DNA of 64,000 bases, taken from contig NW_024704743.1 in NCBI RefSeq assembly GCF_018977255.1, forward strand, positions 86,802,001 through 86,866,000, written 5' to 3'. A model generated the notes under the pieces. It saw nothing but the letters and a program-made list of their open reading frames with translations. It was not told the origin of the DNA and made no database searches. The position numbers were made by a program, and so were the translations under genes. The DNA is from Callorhinchus milii. Lineage: Eukaryota. Shown in pieces: positions 1 through 11,620 of the stretch (the stretch's first letter is position 1; the number at the start of each line of letters is the position of its first letter).

Positions 1-230
1 AGGTAAGCAGCTAATTTGGGTTTGACTTACAAATTTGCCACTGCCTCAATCTGCCACTTTATCCTGTGGTTGCTTTCAACGCACGCAATGCCATAGTTAA
101 ATACATTGCATCTCCTACAATGATGCAGCCCACAATCATCCACCCAAATTTTAAGATAATTACAGGAACACACCATCTATCTACTTGGCCTAATCACCCA
201 ATTTCCTAAAAAGATTTTTTCAATGCATCT

Positions 231-558
231 ATAATAATAATAATAATAATAATCCTTGCATTTGATATAGCGCTTTTCACGTCGGGAGGACATCCCAAAG
301 CGCTTCACAGAATAGACTGTAAAGTGAATTGACTGTATATTTGTGGGCAAACGCGGCAGCCAATTGCGCACAGCAATGTCCCACAAACAGTCGTAGATTG
401 AAAATGACCAATTTATTATTGTTTTTTTTGTTTTGGAGGGATTATTATTAGGCGTGTGGAGTAAGGAAACTTGCCCAAGGTTTCGCCCTGCCTGGAATTG
501 AACACAGGTCTCTCACTTGCAAAGCGAGTGCTCTAACCACTGAGCTACAGGACTCCAC
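231..558 (-). mobile_element. Young full-length tRNA-derived SINE (tRNA-Ala-like head, partial Deu-like body, L2-like tail)
   Basis: Head GTGGAGTCCTGTAGCTCAGTGGTTAGAGC (A box) with a GTTCAATTCC B box and (TTA)n tail; near-identical to the copies at 15523, 19735 and 45898. Confidence 0.92.
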
Positions 559-662
559 ATCTGTCTTTAAATCTAATTTAAATCTAATCCAAATCTGTCT
601 TTAAATCTAATAATTATGAACTCTTTTGACAGGAACATGCTCGGTTTCTTTTGTAGTGTGCG

Positions 663-1127
663 TCAGCCTGTTCAGTAGTAGCACTCTTGCCTCTGGGTCA
701 GAAGGTTGCGGATTAAAGCTACACATAGGACTTGGAACTCATATAGTCTAAGCTGACACTCCAATATGGTGATGAGGGATTGCTGCGTTAGTCGGAGGTA
801 TCTTCCATAGGAACATAGGACAGGAACAGGAGAAGGCCGTTCAGCCCTTCGAGCCTGTTCCGCCATTTAATTAGGTCATGGCTGATCTGAATGAGGCGTC
901 CCTTGGATGAGGCATTAATCCGAGACCCAGTCCGCCTGTTCAGGTGGATATTAAAAATTTGTCATTGATTTCACGGCAGTCGGTGGTGCATTGCTGTGTG
1001 CAAATTGGTTGCTGGATTCCCTCACAAAAACACAGTCATACCATTTTACAGTATATCCTGTGAAGTGCTTTGCGACATCCTCCTGACATGAAAGATGCTA
1101 TATCAAATGTAAGGATTATTATTATTT
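663..1127 (+). mobile_element. Older Deu-domain SINE, interrupted by a CR1 3' fragment
   Basis: tRNA-like head (cagcctgttcagtagtagcactcttgcctctgggtcagaaggttg), Deu-like core (gcctgttcaggtggat...gctgtgtgcaaattgg) and L2-like tail ending in (TTA)n. Confidence 0.75.
806..889 (-). mobile_element. CR1 LINE 3'-end fragment
   Basis: Reverse complement matches the 3' UTR and (TTCCTATG)n tail of the CR1 copy ending at 11184. Confidence 0.85.
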
Positions 1128-2296
1128 TGTAGTTTCCTTTTCTACAACAGTGTGTTTCACTTATCTATCCATGTTTATTAAAAAAAAGTCTTCTACATAA
1201 GAACAATGTTTCCTGTAATATTTTTTATTACTTTGAACAAATGACCTTCTTGAATTCTGTACATAGCAGAAACGTTTCTCCAAATTCTCCAAACTCTCCA
1301 GTCTCAATCAATTTGGAATTAATAATAATAATAATCTTAACATATGGTACAGAGCCTTTCACGTCGGTAGAATGCCTCAAAGTGTTTCACAGGATTTTCA
1401 GTGAAATCAGTAACTGTGCATTTTGTAGATGAATCCAGTATATGATTCTACATACAGCAATATCTTATAAAATATTCAGGAAGAAGATGGCCAATTTTAT
1501 CTCGGAGACTGTTAGCCAGGTTACCAGGAGAACTTCCCTTCTCTTCTTAAATAATGAGCTGAATTGGTTTGACATTTCGAACTTTAAATTTATTGATGAA
1601 TTTATCAATTATCAAAGCTGAGCAGTGAGGTGATAACATTTATGAAATGATTCCTCGCTAATTGTGCATTCACTTTGGTCAGTTGTAATTTCCATCAACT
1701 ATGCACATCACAGTTCAAAATCTTTACCTTTTTGCTTTAACCCAAAATAAATAATTTAGTTCACGCGGTTTCTCTTGGAGTCCAATTTAAAAGCTCCCTC
1801 CTGAGTTTGCTTCGGCTCACAATGTTCTCAAAGCACAGATAAATCTTCAGGTTGGCCGAATTATACAAGAGTATAGATGTAGTAACACAGTTAAGTTAAC
1901 GTATCAAATATTGATCATATCCCAGGGACTATAAACAAGTGCCATTTGCTGTGAATAGTTCAGGTTATACACATCAGACATCACTATTTATGTCTAATGT
2001 GTGGCAGGACTCAAAACTGTTCCTTCATTCTCTGTAGTCACTATAATATATATATATATATATGGGAATGCCAGAAAAGTTATCATTCTGTACTACAGAC
2101 TTAACCATTCAAGTACAACAGTAAATAAAAAAGTATCGTACAAAACAAAACAAATTCGTACAAAACGAATGAGATTAGGTAGCTTTGCTTCTTGAGTACC
2201 AACTGCAGGCCTACACAGACTTCATAAGGAGTGTGGTTAAAGGAACATACTTGGAGCAGTGGTTTCCTACATTATGTCAGATTCATGTTGACACTT

Positions 2297-2530
2297 AGGC
2301 TCAGCTGGTAATAATATTTTTGCCTCTTGTTCCAAGATCCAAGCTTCAGCTCACAATCTAGGCTGATCCCCGATGGGAGTACTAGGGGAGTGTGGCATTG
2401 TGGGAGGTGCCGTCTTTCAGGTAAGACATTAAACCAAATCCCCGTTTGCTTGTTCAGGTGAATATTAAAGTTCCCACAGCACTATCCATAAAGAGAACGG
2501 AATTTCTCCCAGTGTCCTAGCCAACAATCT
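2297..2530 (+). mobile_element. Older Deu-domain SINE, 5' part
   Basis: Degenerate tRNA head followed by gacattaaaccaaatcccgtttgcttgttcaggtgaatattaaagttcccacagcact...tttctcccagtgtcctagccaaca, shared with many copies in the window. Confidence 0.7.
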
Positions 2531-2535
2531 GTATA

Positions 2536-2690
2536 TTATTGTGGGCGAAATGCGGCAACTAATTGTGCATAGCAGTGTCCCACAAACAGTCATGGATTGA
2601 AGTGACCAATTTATTATTATTATAATTTTTTTTAAGGAATTATTACCCCCGGAAAAGCGATCCAGCAATTGGCTAACAAATGGGTTCCGA
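2536..2690 (-). mobile_element. SINE fragment of the longer (older) subfamily
   Basis: SINE body plus an extra segment attacccccggaaaagcgatcc that is also seen near 11580 and 31150. Confidence 0.7.
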
Positions 2691-2841
2691 TTTTACCCCA
2701 AATAGATCCCACTTTGACACATGTATGACTCCAGCTGTGTGTAACAACATCATGGCACCAAACGCACAGAAATGGACAGTAATGGTTGCAGCAATGTAGA
2801 TGGAGGACAGCAGAGCAGTGGCACGTTATCAGCTTCACTTT

Positions 2842-4470
2842 ATATCACAGACATCGTCAACCTGTCCCATATCACAGACATCGTCAACCTATCCCTCTCC
2901 TCTGGCTCTGTTCCCATTCCCTTAAAAACTGCCAACATCACTCCCACCTTGAAAAAACCCTCCCTTGATGCGTCGCAGCTATCAAGCTACCGGCCCATCT
3001 CCAACCTCCCCTTCCTGTCCAAGGTCCTTGAACGAGTTGTCGCCTCCCAGCTGCGCTCTTTCCTCTCCACCCATTCATTATTCGAACCCCTTCAGTCAGG
3101 TTTCCGTGCTGCCCATAGCACAGAAACTGCCCTGGTCAAGGTCACCAATGACATCCTGACCATCTGCGACCAGGGCTCCCTCTGCCTCCTCGTCCTCCTC
3201 GACCTATCGGCAGCATTCGATACGGTCGACCAGGCTATCCTCCTCCACCGCTTGTCCTCCCACCTCAACCTTCAAGGCCCTGTCCTTGAGTGGTTTAGGT
3301 TGTACCTCTCCCACCGTCTTCACTTTGTTTCCACGAACGGCTTTTCCTCCATCCCCCGCACTGTCTCGTGCGGTGTCCCTCAGGGCTCTGTCCTCGGTCC
3401 CCTCCTCTTCACCCTCTATATGCTCCCCCTTGGTGACATCATCCGCAGACATGGGGTTAACTTCCACATGTATGCGGATGACACCCAACTCTACCTTTCC
3501 TCCTCTACCCTCAACTCCACGACCACCGATGTCCTGACAGCTGCCTGTCCGACATCGAGTCCTGGACGAGAGATAACTTTCTTCAGCTCAACGTGCGTAA
3601 AACTGAGGCCCTCCTGATTGGCTCACGTCAGTGCCTCCGCACCTCAGGCGCTGACACATCAGCATCCAAGGCTGCACTCTCCACCTCTCAAAGCCAGTCA
3701 GGAACCTCGGGGTTCTGTTCGACCCTGAGCTGTCCTTTCTCCCTCATATCCGCACCACAACTGGCACCGCCTTCCATCACCTCCGGAATATCGCCAGACT
3801 ACGGCACTACCTCACCCCTCACGCTGCTGAAACTCTGGTCCACGCCTTTATCACCTCAAGGCTGGACTATGGGAACTCTCTCCTCGCCGGCCTTCCCGGC
3901 ACCTCCCTCCACAAGCTGCAGGTCATTCAGAACTCTGCAGCTCGTGTACTGTCCCGCACCAGGCTTCGGGACCACATCACTCCCACCCTCGCTCGCCTCC
4001 ACTGGCTCCCCATCCCCCAGAGGATCGAATTCAAGATCCTCATCCTCACCTACAATGCCATTCACGGCCTCGCTCCCTCCTACCTCTTTGACCTACTATC
4101 ACCCTACTTACCTGCCCGTACCCTCCGTTCCTCTGGCTCCGGTCTGCTCCACATCCCCCGCCCCAACCGCCCTACCATCGGTGGCCGGGCCTTCAGCCTC
4201 TCAGCCCCGAGGCTCTGGAACTCTATCCCCCAGTGCCTTCGCCGCCTCCTCCCTTTCCTCCTTCAAGGCCGGTCTCAAGACCTTTCTCTTTGACCGTGCC
4301 TTCAGCTCCCCTCTCGACTCTCTACCCCCTCCTCGCTCCCTCCCTTCCCTCCCCTCACCCTGACCATTTCCCCCCTGCTCGGGTCCTGACCCAACTGTAC
4401 AGCACCTTGGGAAGTCCTCCCGACGTGAAAGGCGCTCTATAAATGGAATCTTGTTGTTGTTGTTGTTGTT
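2842..4470 (+). mobile_element. L2-clade LINE, 5'-truncated, frameshifted RT
   Basis: ORF 2772-3617 has [54 protein letters not shown] and YADD; frameshift near 3540; C-terminal RLHWLPI motif in another frame; 3' stem-loop tail and (TTG)n. Confidence 0.96.
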
Positions 4471-4546
4471 TAAAGCTGCTCTTCTTGCTCCAAAGGAGCT
4501 GTGAGCTGAACACACCATGAGTTTGTTCCATGTCTTGCTGTTTGAA

Positions 4547-4740
4547 AGTAAAGTGACCGAAAGCATGATTGAAAATATAAGTCTTAAGGTGGGCTTTAAA
4601 GGTGGAGAGGGAGGGGCGAGATGGAGGGACTACACAATTGAGTTCCAAAGATTGGGGGCAGAATGGCTGAAAACTCACCCACTGATGGTGGGGCAGAAAG
4701 GGCGGGAGACATGAAGCAAGCGTTTGCTGAGCAGAGGGAA
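4547..4740 (-). mobile_element. Diverged L2 3' fragment
   Basis: Translates to LSTFKAHLKTYIFNHAF, the L2 ORF2 C-terminus. Confidence 0.7.
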
Positions 4741-5271
4741 TGGCAGTAATGCTTTCAGATGTGAACAACATCATTGATCACGCTGTGCCATCAAGTCTCC
4801 AAAGTCAACGAGTGTTGCTTTAATCTGAGTAGCACAACCACCAACTCTGAAAACGAGAGACAGGGTTTATATTAGCGATCACAATTTTTTTAATATTAGG
4901 CTTGGACGTTCCTTTCTCTAGTTTTGAGCAAAAAATCTTACAATAAGATGATTTTCTCAAATAAGAAAGAGTGTACTGTCCCGCACCAGGCTTCGGTGTG
5001 ATCTCTTCATAAGCTTTTCACTTGCTTATAAATATACTTCAATTGGGGAATGACAGTGACTTGTAAGCTTTTTGACCGGAATTTGCATATAAAAGCATAG
5101 AAATTAATGGAAAAAGGAAATGTTGTTCCATTTATTAGAGTGGGTGTGTGAGTAATAATTCCTAAATCTGTATCTGAAGCCAGATTCAAGCCGGACAAGT
5201 TAACAGACAGATTGTTCTCTTGTCTATTAACTTGTTTTATACCTGTGCAATTCTTCTACAAATAGGTATCA

Positions 5272-5698
5272 CTCTGGCTCAATCAATAGCACTCTTGTCT
5301 CTGAAGGTTGTGCATTCAAGCCAGATCTTTGAGCTCATAGTTCTATGCTAATACTCTAATGCAGTCCTAGGAGACCATTGCATTGTTGGAGATATCGTTC
5401 TTCAGATGAAATATTAAACAAAGATCCCGTCACCCTGTTCTGTTGGATGTTATAGATTCAACGCCACAATTCCAAAAACAACAGAGTTTCTCCTGGTATT
5501 CCGACTAACAATTTCCTGAATAAAATTGATGAGTACTTAATGGTTGCTTGTGGGATATTCCTGTGTGCAAATTGGCTATCATGTTTTCTTACAGATACAC
5601 AGTCACTACACTTCAAAGTAAATCCTGTGAAGTGCTTTGAGATATTTTGACGATGTGGTAACTCCATTTCAAATGAAAAAAATATCAGTATTATTATA
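5272..5698 (+). mobile_element. Older Deu-domain SINE, near full length
   Basis: Head ctggctcaatcaatagcactcttg, Deu core and tail gtgaagtgctttgagat. Confidence 0.72.
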
Positions 5699-6759
5699 AA
5701 AGGATAGCTCTTTCTGAGAACAAGCAAAATTATGATAGGTCGAATGACCTCTTTCTGTGCTGTAAATGCACAAGTGATGACCCCATAAGTGTTGTGCAAC
5801 TAAGGTCTCACATGAGGCGATTCATAATGACAGCTATTAATAGAGAACCAAAGTGTGTGACTGACCCTGACACTGTGACGAACCTCTACCCTGACGTAAT
5901 ATTAGAGAGGCTCGTTACAACATGACCACATATTAGGTTAATATCATGATATAAAATGTGTGATTTCATCACTGATGCAACCATGTGCATGCTTGTCACT
6001 GACAGTAGGCATTTAGTGAGCAAACAGAGCAGACACTGCGGAGGTGGCAATTCGTGATGGCAATAGACAGCTAAGCCAATTGTACAACAGCAGGAAGGAG
6101 GTAGACTAAACCCAGTCCTGTAAATCACTGCAGTCAGTGTTGTATTTCTGGACTGTACAAGTCTCATTTGTCGCATGTCTTAATAAAATTGTTCGTATTA
6201 AAAATCCCATTGACCCACAGGAGCTCTATTCCCGAAGTAAATCACACTGGAGCAGAGTTCCGGGTGTGACATACTTGTGGAGGTCGTCTCCATTAGTTCG
6301 ACGCAGATTCCTAAAGGAGTCCTGGTAAGGAAAAACAGATGATTAGATTGTGCTCAAACTGAATTACACACTTCTGACCTCATGACTTTGGTGAATTTGC
6401 ACTCGTAACCTCTGTCTCCAGATGTTTTGTCCGCTTACGTGTTATTGAGGCGATTTTCTCTGGGATATGGGCCAGTAACGACTATTATTTTTTCAATGAG
6501 TGTTACGTGTCTAACTTCATGTGGCCACTTGAGAATGAGCTTGTTTCAATATTTCAGAATTAGGATTCATCAATTAAAGTGATCTGAAATTCAAAGGATC
6601 CGATTTAAACCAAAAGCACTTCAGAGATGTACAGCATTCTGTCTTAACGTGGCTCTGACCTTGTTTTTCTTCCTGCCTTCTTCAGACACAGTTCTTTATC
6701 AGACTCCCTCGGGCTGTCGCCTGTTTGTCAATCGCCAAAGAAGTAGAGAGATAAATCTC

Positions 6760-7130
6760 ATTTCACTCGCTACAGACCTAACTCTCTTCAACACGAAATT
6801 TCAAATCCTATCCATAGTATTGGCTGTGTATTTGGAGGCTGGAGGTTTAAACCTTGTCCACCAAGATCAGACTGGATTTATGAAGAACTGTAACTCTTCA
6901 GACAACATCCAGCAGCTTATTAATTTAATAGACTCCTGTCCATTCCATGATATTCTGGCCTTGACAGTCTCTCAAGATAAGGCAAAGCCTTTTGACAGGC
7001 TAGAGTGCACATATATTTTGCTGTTCTCTGTTGGATGGGTTTTGCAGGAACATGAGATGAACGTTTCCACCATTATTGATGCCTTTTCCATACAAATTTA
7101 ACTGGCTCCGCAGTAAGAATAAGACCCTTA
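6760..7130 (+). mobile_element. Decayed L1/Tx1-type reverse transcriptase fragment
   Basis: ISL...ILSIVLAVYL...LVHQDQTGFMKNCNSSDNIQQLINLI...VSQDKAKPFDRLE resembles L1 RT IHPDQTGFIxGRxxxDNIRRLxNII...SLDAEKAFDRVEW. Confidence 0.8.
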
Positions 7131-9420
7131 CAATATTACGTTGTGGCAGCCCCTTAAGGAATGCAGTGCAAAAGATTATTATTTTCCACAGGGAAAAAAC
7201 AATTCGGAGACTGAACGGGGAACAGGAATTAGCTGCAGCAGGGGTGAAAGAGTAACTTGTCTGTCTGTCTTCTGTCTATCTGTCTGAGGGAAGCAAGACA
7301 TACAGCATGTAGGAAAAACGACAGTTATTATTAGCGGAGCAGCATTTAAAAAAGTTAAACTTATTAATACCATACGAATTAAGTACGAATACAACAAAAT
7401 AATGACCAGCACTCATCAGGCTTTGAATGGGGAGTGGATCTGCTGTGTTAAATTTCAGGTTAAAGGACGATAGGAAATCAAATATGATCAATTTTGAGGG
7501 TAAATAGATGTTTGAAAAATAGAGATTGAGAGAAATGCTGACAGGTTAATATAGCTCCCAATTCCACTTTACACTTCAATTTCACAACTGAATGTATTTG
7601 GTAAGAAGCACAGTAGAGGACTTGAGCAAATTCCGCAAAACAACTGATATTATTAAAATGCTTTGAGACGTCTCACCGATGTGGAAGGTACTATATCAAA
7701 GGCAAGGGTTATTATTATTTTATTAAGAATGGTTGACATCAACTATCTTTCGGAGAAATTCCACCTGACTGTACATTAACTCTATGAAGCATTTCAGACT
7801 ATCTGGAGAATGCCAAATTGGTGAATTCAGTCTTAACTTTGATGTCTTTTTTGAGGTACTCAAAAGAACTTATGGATAACAAGCTACAAAATTAAAGCTG
7901 AAAATGATCATTTTAGCATGTTTCTATCTGGGGAGGAGATTTCCCTCTTCTTTGTGCATTCAATAATGTGTCCATTTGCTAAGATGAACACATTTGTTGC
8001 TCAACATATGTGAATAACCCAGGTTTAAGTTCCAAATAAAGTTTCATCATAAATGGAAAATTAAATTACATATATAGAAATACATTTCTGTTAGTCTGAA
8101 CACAGACACAAATTTGCAAAACTTAGCAACTGAAGAATAGCCCAAAGACTTATCACACAGATTTGCCACAGACCAACAGAGCAGAGTATGTTGATTTATG
8201 GAATATAAAATATATAGTGAAGACTGATCATCTGCGAGGATGTGTGGCAACCTCACAGAGAGGTTTACATAAGCTCATAATAATAATAATGTATGGTTTA
8301 CGTATGGTATGTGAACTCAAGATTAAAGCACTGTTTCGCAACTACTTTCTAACTATCCATTAGATTTTATAATAGTATCAGCACAGCAATATTCAGCTTC
8401 GTAATGTGTTATTAATCTCAGGAGGTACTTCGATTCCCTGTGCCATACATAGTTCACTGAGCACCATCCTCACATGGTTGTAAGGTAAGTTAATGCATCA
8501 AATGACTATTAGTAGGACATTAATCAGGCTATTTAAGCAGCAAAATGCAGTAGCAGGTTATTCACAACCTTGTATTTATTCTGTGACTGTTCAGAGTGAT
8601 TCCTCAGCTTAATTAACTGTGGGGAAGGTAGAAACATTAACAAGCTTTGCTATACAACACGTTTTAGAACGCACTTAAAAAAGAGAGAGCTTATACAGCA
8701 GTTAAAGCATTGTACTATTGACAGTGTGTTACAGGCGTTTTCTTTGCTCATATCCAATGGGTAACGCAACTCATCATTGTGAAAGAACAAGTGGAACATT
8801 ATAATATTCCACAAGGCCTGAAATGCCTTCTCCGTTTTACATCTCTCTGAGCCTCTGTGTGTGTCCATTACTTTATAACATCTTTAGGATCTGATTTCCT
8901 ATCTATTTTCATCTTTTCTTAAAACACACCATAGCATACTACATTACTACATTCCGCCTCTTGTTCTGCTTAATGAAAGATAATTTATTAATCTTTTTTT
9001 AATTTTAATTATTAGAGTACAGTATAATTATGCAAGTGCTTTGTGCTGGCTTGTATGCTCCTTTAGGGTACAATTTTGTTTTAATACTGTAATAATGTGA
9101 TTTTCTGCAGTGATATTGCATTGTGACAAGACTTTGACTGTCAAACACACTTAATATTCTCCCGTAGTTTCTGATGTCGGCTGATAAGCCTCCAGTCCCT
9201 CCTATCCCCTGCAGTTGTTTGAAAAAGAAAACGCTTGACTCGCATGAAATGTTAACTTTATCAATGCTTATTAATTTCACACTTTAGTTGGGTCAAATGT
9301 TCAGAGTGACAGCAGCAGCACTGTCTTAGCTATTTCAGCCGACTGGCTGTGCTGGAATGCTCCATGGATAAGTGCATTCTTGTGGCCATGCTACAAAGTG
9401 CTGGTGTGGCCAGGCCAGCA

Positions 9421-9965
9421 ACACCCCCCCACACCTACCCCCCCACCCCATCTACCCCCCACCTACACACACACACATACAGTTCCCATACCCCGCATAC
9501 TCACACAGCCCCCACCACACACTCACACAGCCGCCTCCCCTACACTCACACAGCTCCCCGCACACACTCACACAGTTCCCCCCTCCACACACCCAACAGC
9601 CCCCCACACACTCACACAGCCCCTACGCTCACACAGCCCCCCACACACTCACACAGCCATCTCCACACACCCACACAGCCCCCCACACACTCACAGCCCC
9701 CACGCTCACACAGCCCCCCACACACTCACACAGCCCCCGCCCCACACACTCACACAGCCCCCCCACACACGCTCACACAGCCATCTCCACACACTCATAC
9801 AGCACCCCCCACACACACTCATACAGCCCCCCAATCACACTCCACAACTCCCCCCCACACCCACACAGCACCCCACACACTCACACAGCCCCCCCACACA
9901 CACTCACACAGACAACCCCCCCACACAAATACTCTTTCACACAGCAGCCCCCACACACACACACC
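9421..9965. repeat. C/A-rich minisatellite, unit about 20 nt (CACACACTCACACAGCCCCC)
   Basis: About 20-25 variable tandem units read directly; explains the three overlapping H/T/P-rich ORFs. Confidence 0.95.
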
Positions 9966-10600
9966 TTCCCTCATGTATTGAGTTAACTCAATGGCATAAA
10001 TGTAAAGTACACAGAAAAACTTTGCTCAGAATGGAAATCTGCTTGTCACGATTAGATGAAATGGTAAGTAGGCAACTGGAGCGAAGGAATGCGTCACTAT
10101 TAGCGACTTGCAATATATTCACCTTTGTAATCCTTGATACTACAATCCCTCCAGCATTTCATTGGCTCATGCTGCCCTTTAATGATCTCCTTTCCTATGT
10201 AGAATCGTTCACAACAACCACAAGAATAAAGACCCTAAGCATCTGTATGATACTGTACTTCCAGAATATCTGAGAGGCCAGTCAATCGCCATAGTCCGGT
10301 CTGCTTTTCTTCAGGTGGATTTTAAAGATACCTGACAATTCAGTGCACCCCCAACATCCTGGACTACATGAGTTTAATGCTCCAATGTGGGCTTGAACAC
10401 ACAACCTTCTGACTCAGATGCAAGCATGCTACCAACTGAGCCAGGCTGATACACTAAATAGCAGTCAAGAGGAGACAATGTTAGTGCAATGTTGCTGATC
10501 TTCTCCTCAATGTTTTCAGTACACATCTGTTGTCTGGACTTCAATTTTGGGCCACCCATTATTTTTCTGATATTGCTGAGCTGTCCCCAATATGGACGCG

Positions 10601-11184
10601 GTATAGAGCATTAGTCAGACCTCATCTGGAGTACTGCATTCAATTTTGGGCACCACACCTCAGGAAAGATTTATTGGCTCTGGATATGATGCAGCGTAGG
10701 TTCAGCCAGAATGTTACCAGGCCTAAAAGGGTTAAGTTACAAGGAAAGGCTGCGTTAACTTGGATTGTATTCCCTTGAGTTTAGAAGGTTGAGGGGTGAA
10801 TTGATTGAGGTATTTAAGATTATAAAGGTATTCAATAGAGTAGATACAGAGAAGCTATTTCCTCTGGTGGGGGAATCCAAAACTAGGGGACATTGTCTTA
10901 AAATTAGAAACAGACATTTTAAGAGTGAAATCAGGAAGTATTTTTTCACTCAAAGGGTGGTAGAAATCTGAAATTCTCTGCCCCAAAAGGCCGTGGATGC
11001 TGGATCCATCCACACCTTCAAGAGTGAGGTTGATAGATTTTTGGTAGGTCAGGGTATCAAGGGATATGGGAAGAAAGCGGGAAATTGAAAGGATTATTTG
11101 AGGTACAGATCAGCCATGATCTTATTAAATGGTGGAACAGGCTGGAAAGGCTGAATGGCCTCCTCCTGTTCCTATGTTCCTATG
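10601..11184 (+). mobile_element. CR1 LINE, 5'-truncated 3' end
   Basis: [23 protein letters not shown] and [19 protein letters not shown]...TRGHCLKI...FFTQRVV motifs; 3' UTR ends in an octamer repeat (TTCCTATG)2. Confidence 0.95.
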
Positions 11185-11392
11185 ACGCATTTTTTTCAAT
11201 TGCTAACTAATTGGAATATTAACCATGCACTGGACATTGGGATATTTAAGTGGTTCAGACCAATTCCATATTGTTTTAGCACATTATAATTGTGAGATTA
11301 ATTCTCCAACATCCACCCTACACACGCCAGAATTGTTAAACACCTTGAAACATCCTCCTGACTTGAAAGGCGCAATATAAATTTAAAATTGT

Positions 11393-11620
11393 ATTAATAA
11401 TAATATTCCTTGCATTTTATGTATCGCCTTATCATGTCTTCGAGACATCTCAAAACGCTTCACAAGATACACTGGAAAGTGTAGTGACTGTTATGTTTTG
11501 TGGGCGAAACACAGCAGTCAATTGTGCACAGCAATGTCCCACACACAGTCGTGATTTGAAGTGACTAATTTATAATTATTACCACTGGAAAAGCAATCCG
11601 CCAATCGACTGACAACCGGG
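11393..11620 (-). mobile_element. SINE 3' part, longer subfamily
   Basis: (TAA)n-ccttgcatt tail, gcaatgtcccac body and extra segment gaaaagcaatccgccaat. Confidence 0.75.

Noticed and set aside
177..386. Recurrent peptide WDIAVRNWL...KCKDYYYY seen in several ORFs
   Set aside because: Translation of the SINE body and (TTA)n tail, not a gene family.
2772..4363. Functional reverse transcriptase gene
   Set aside because: No endonuclease domain, 5'-truncated and frameshifted; the ATG comes from flanking DNA.
9349..10273. Three long overlapping His/Thr/Pro-rich ORFs
   Set aside because: Artefact of a stop-free C/A minisatellite; open in all three frames with no domain signal.
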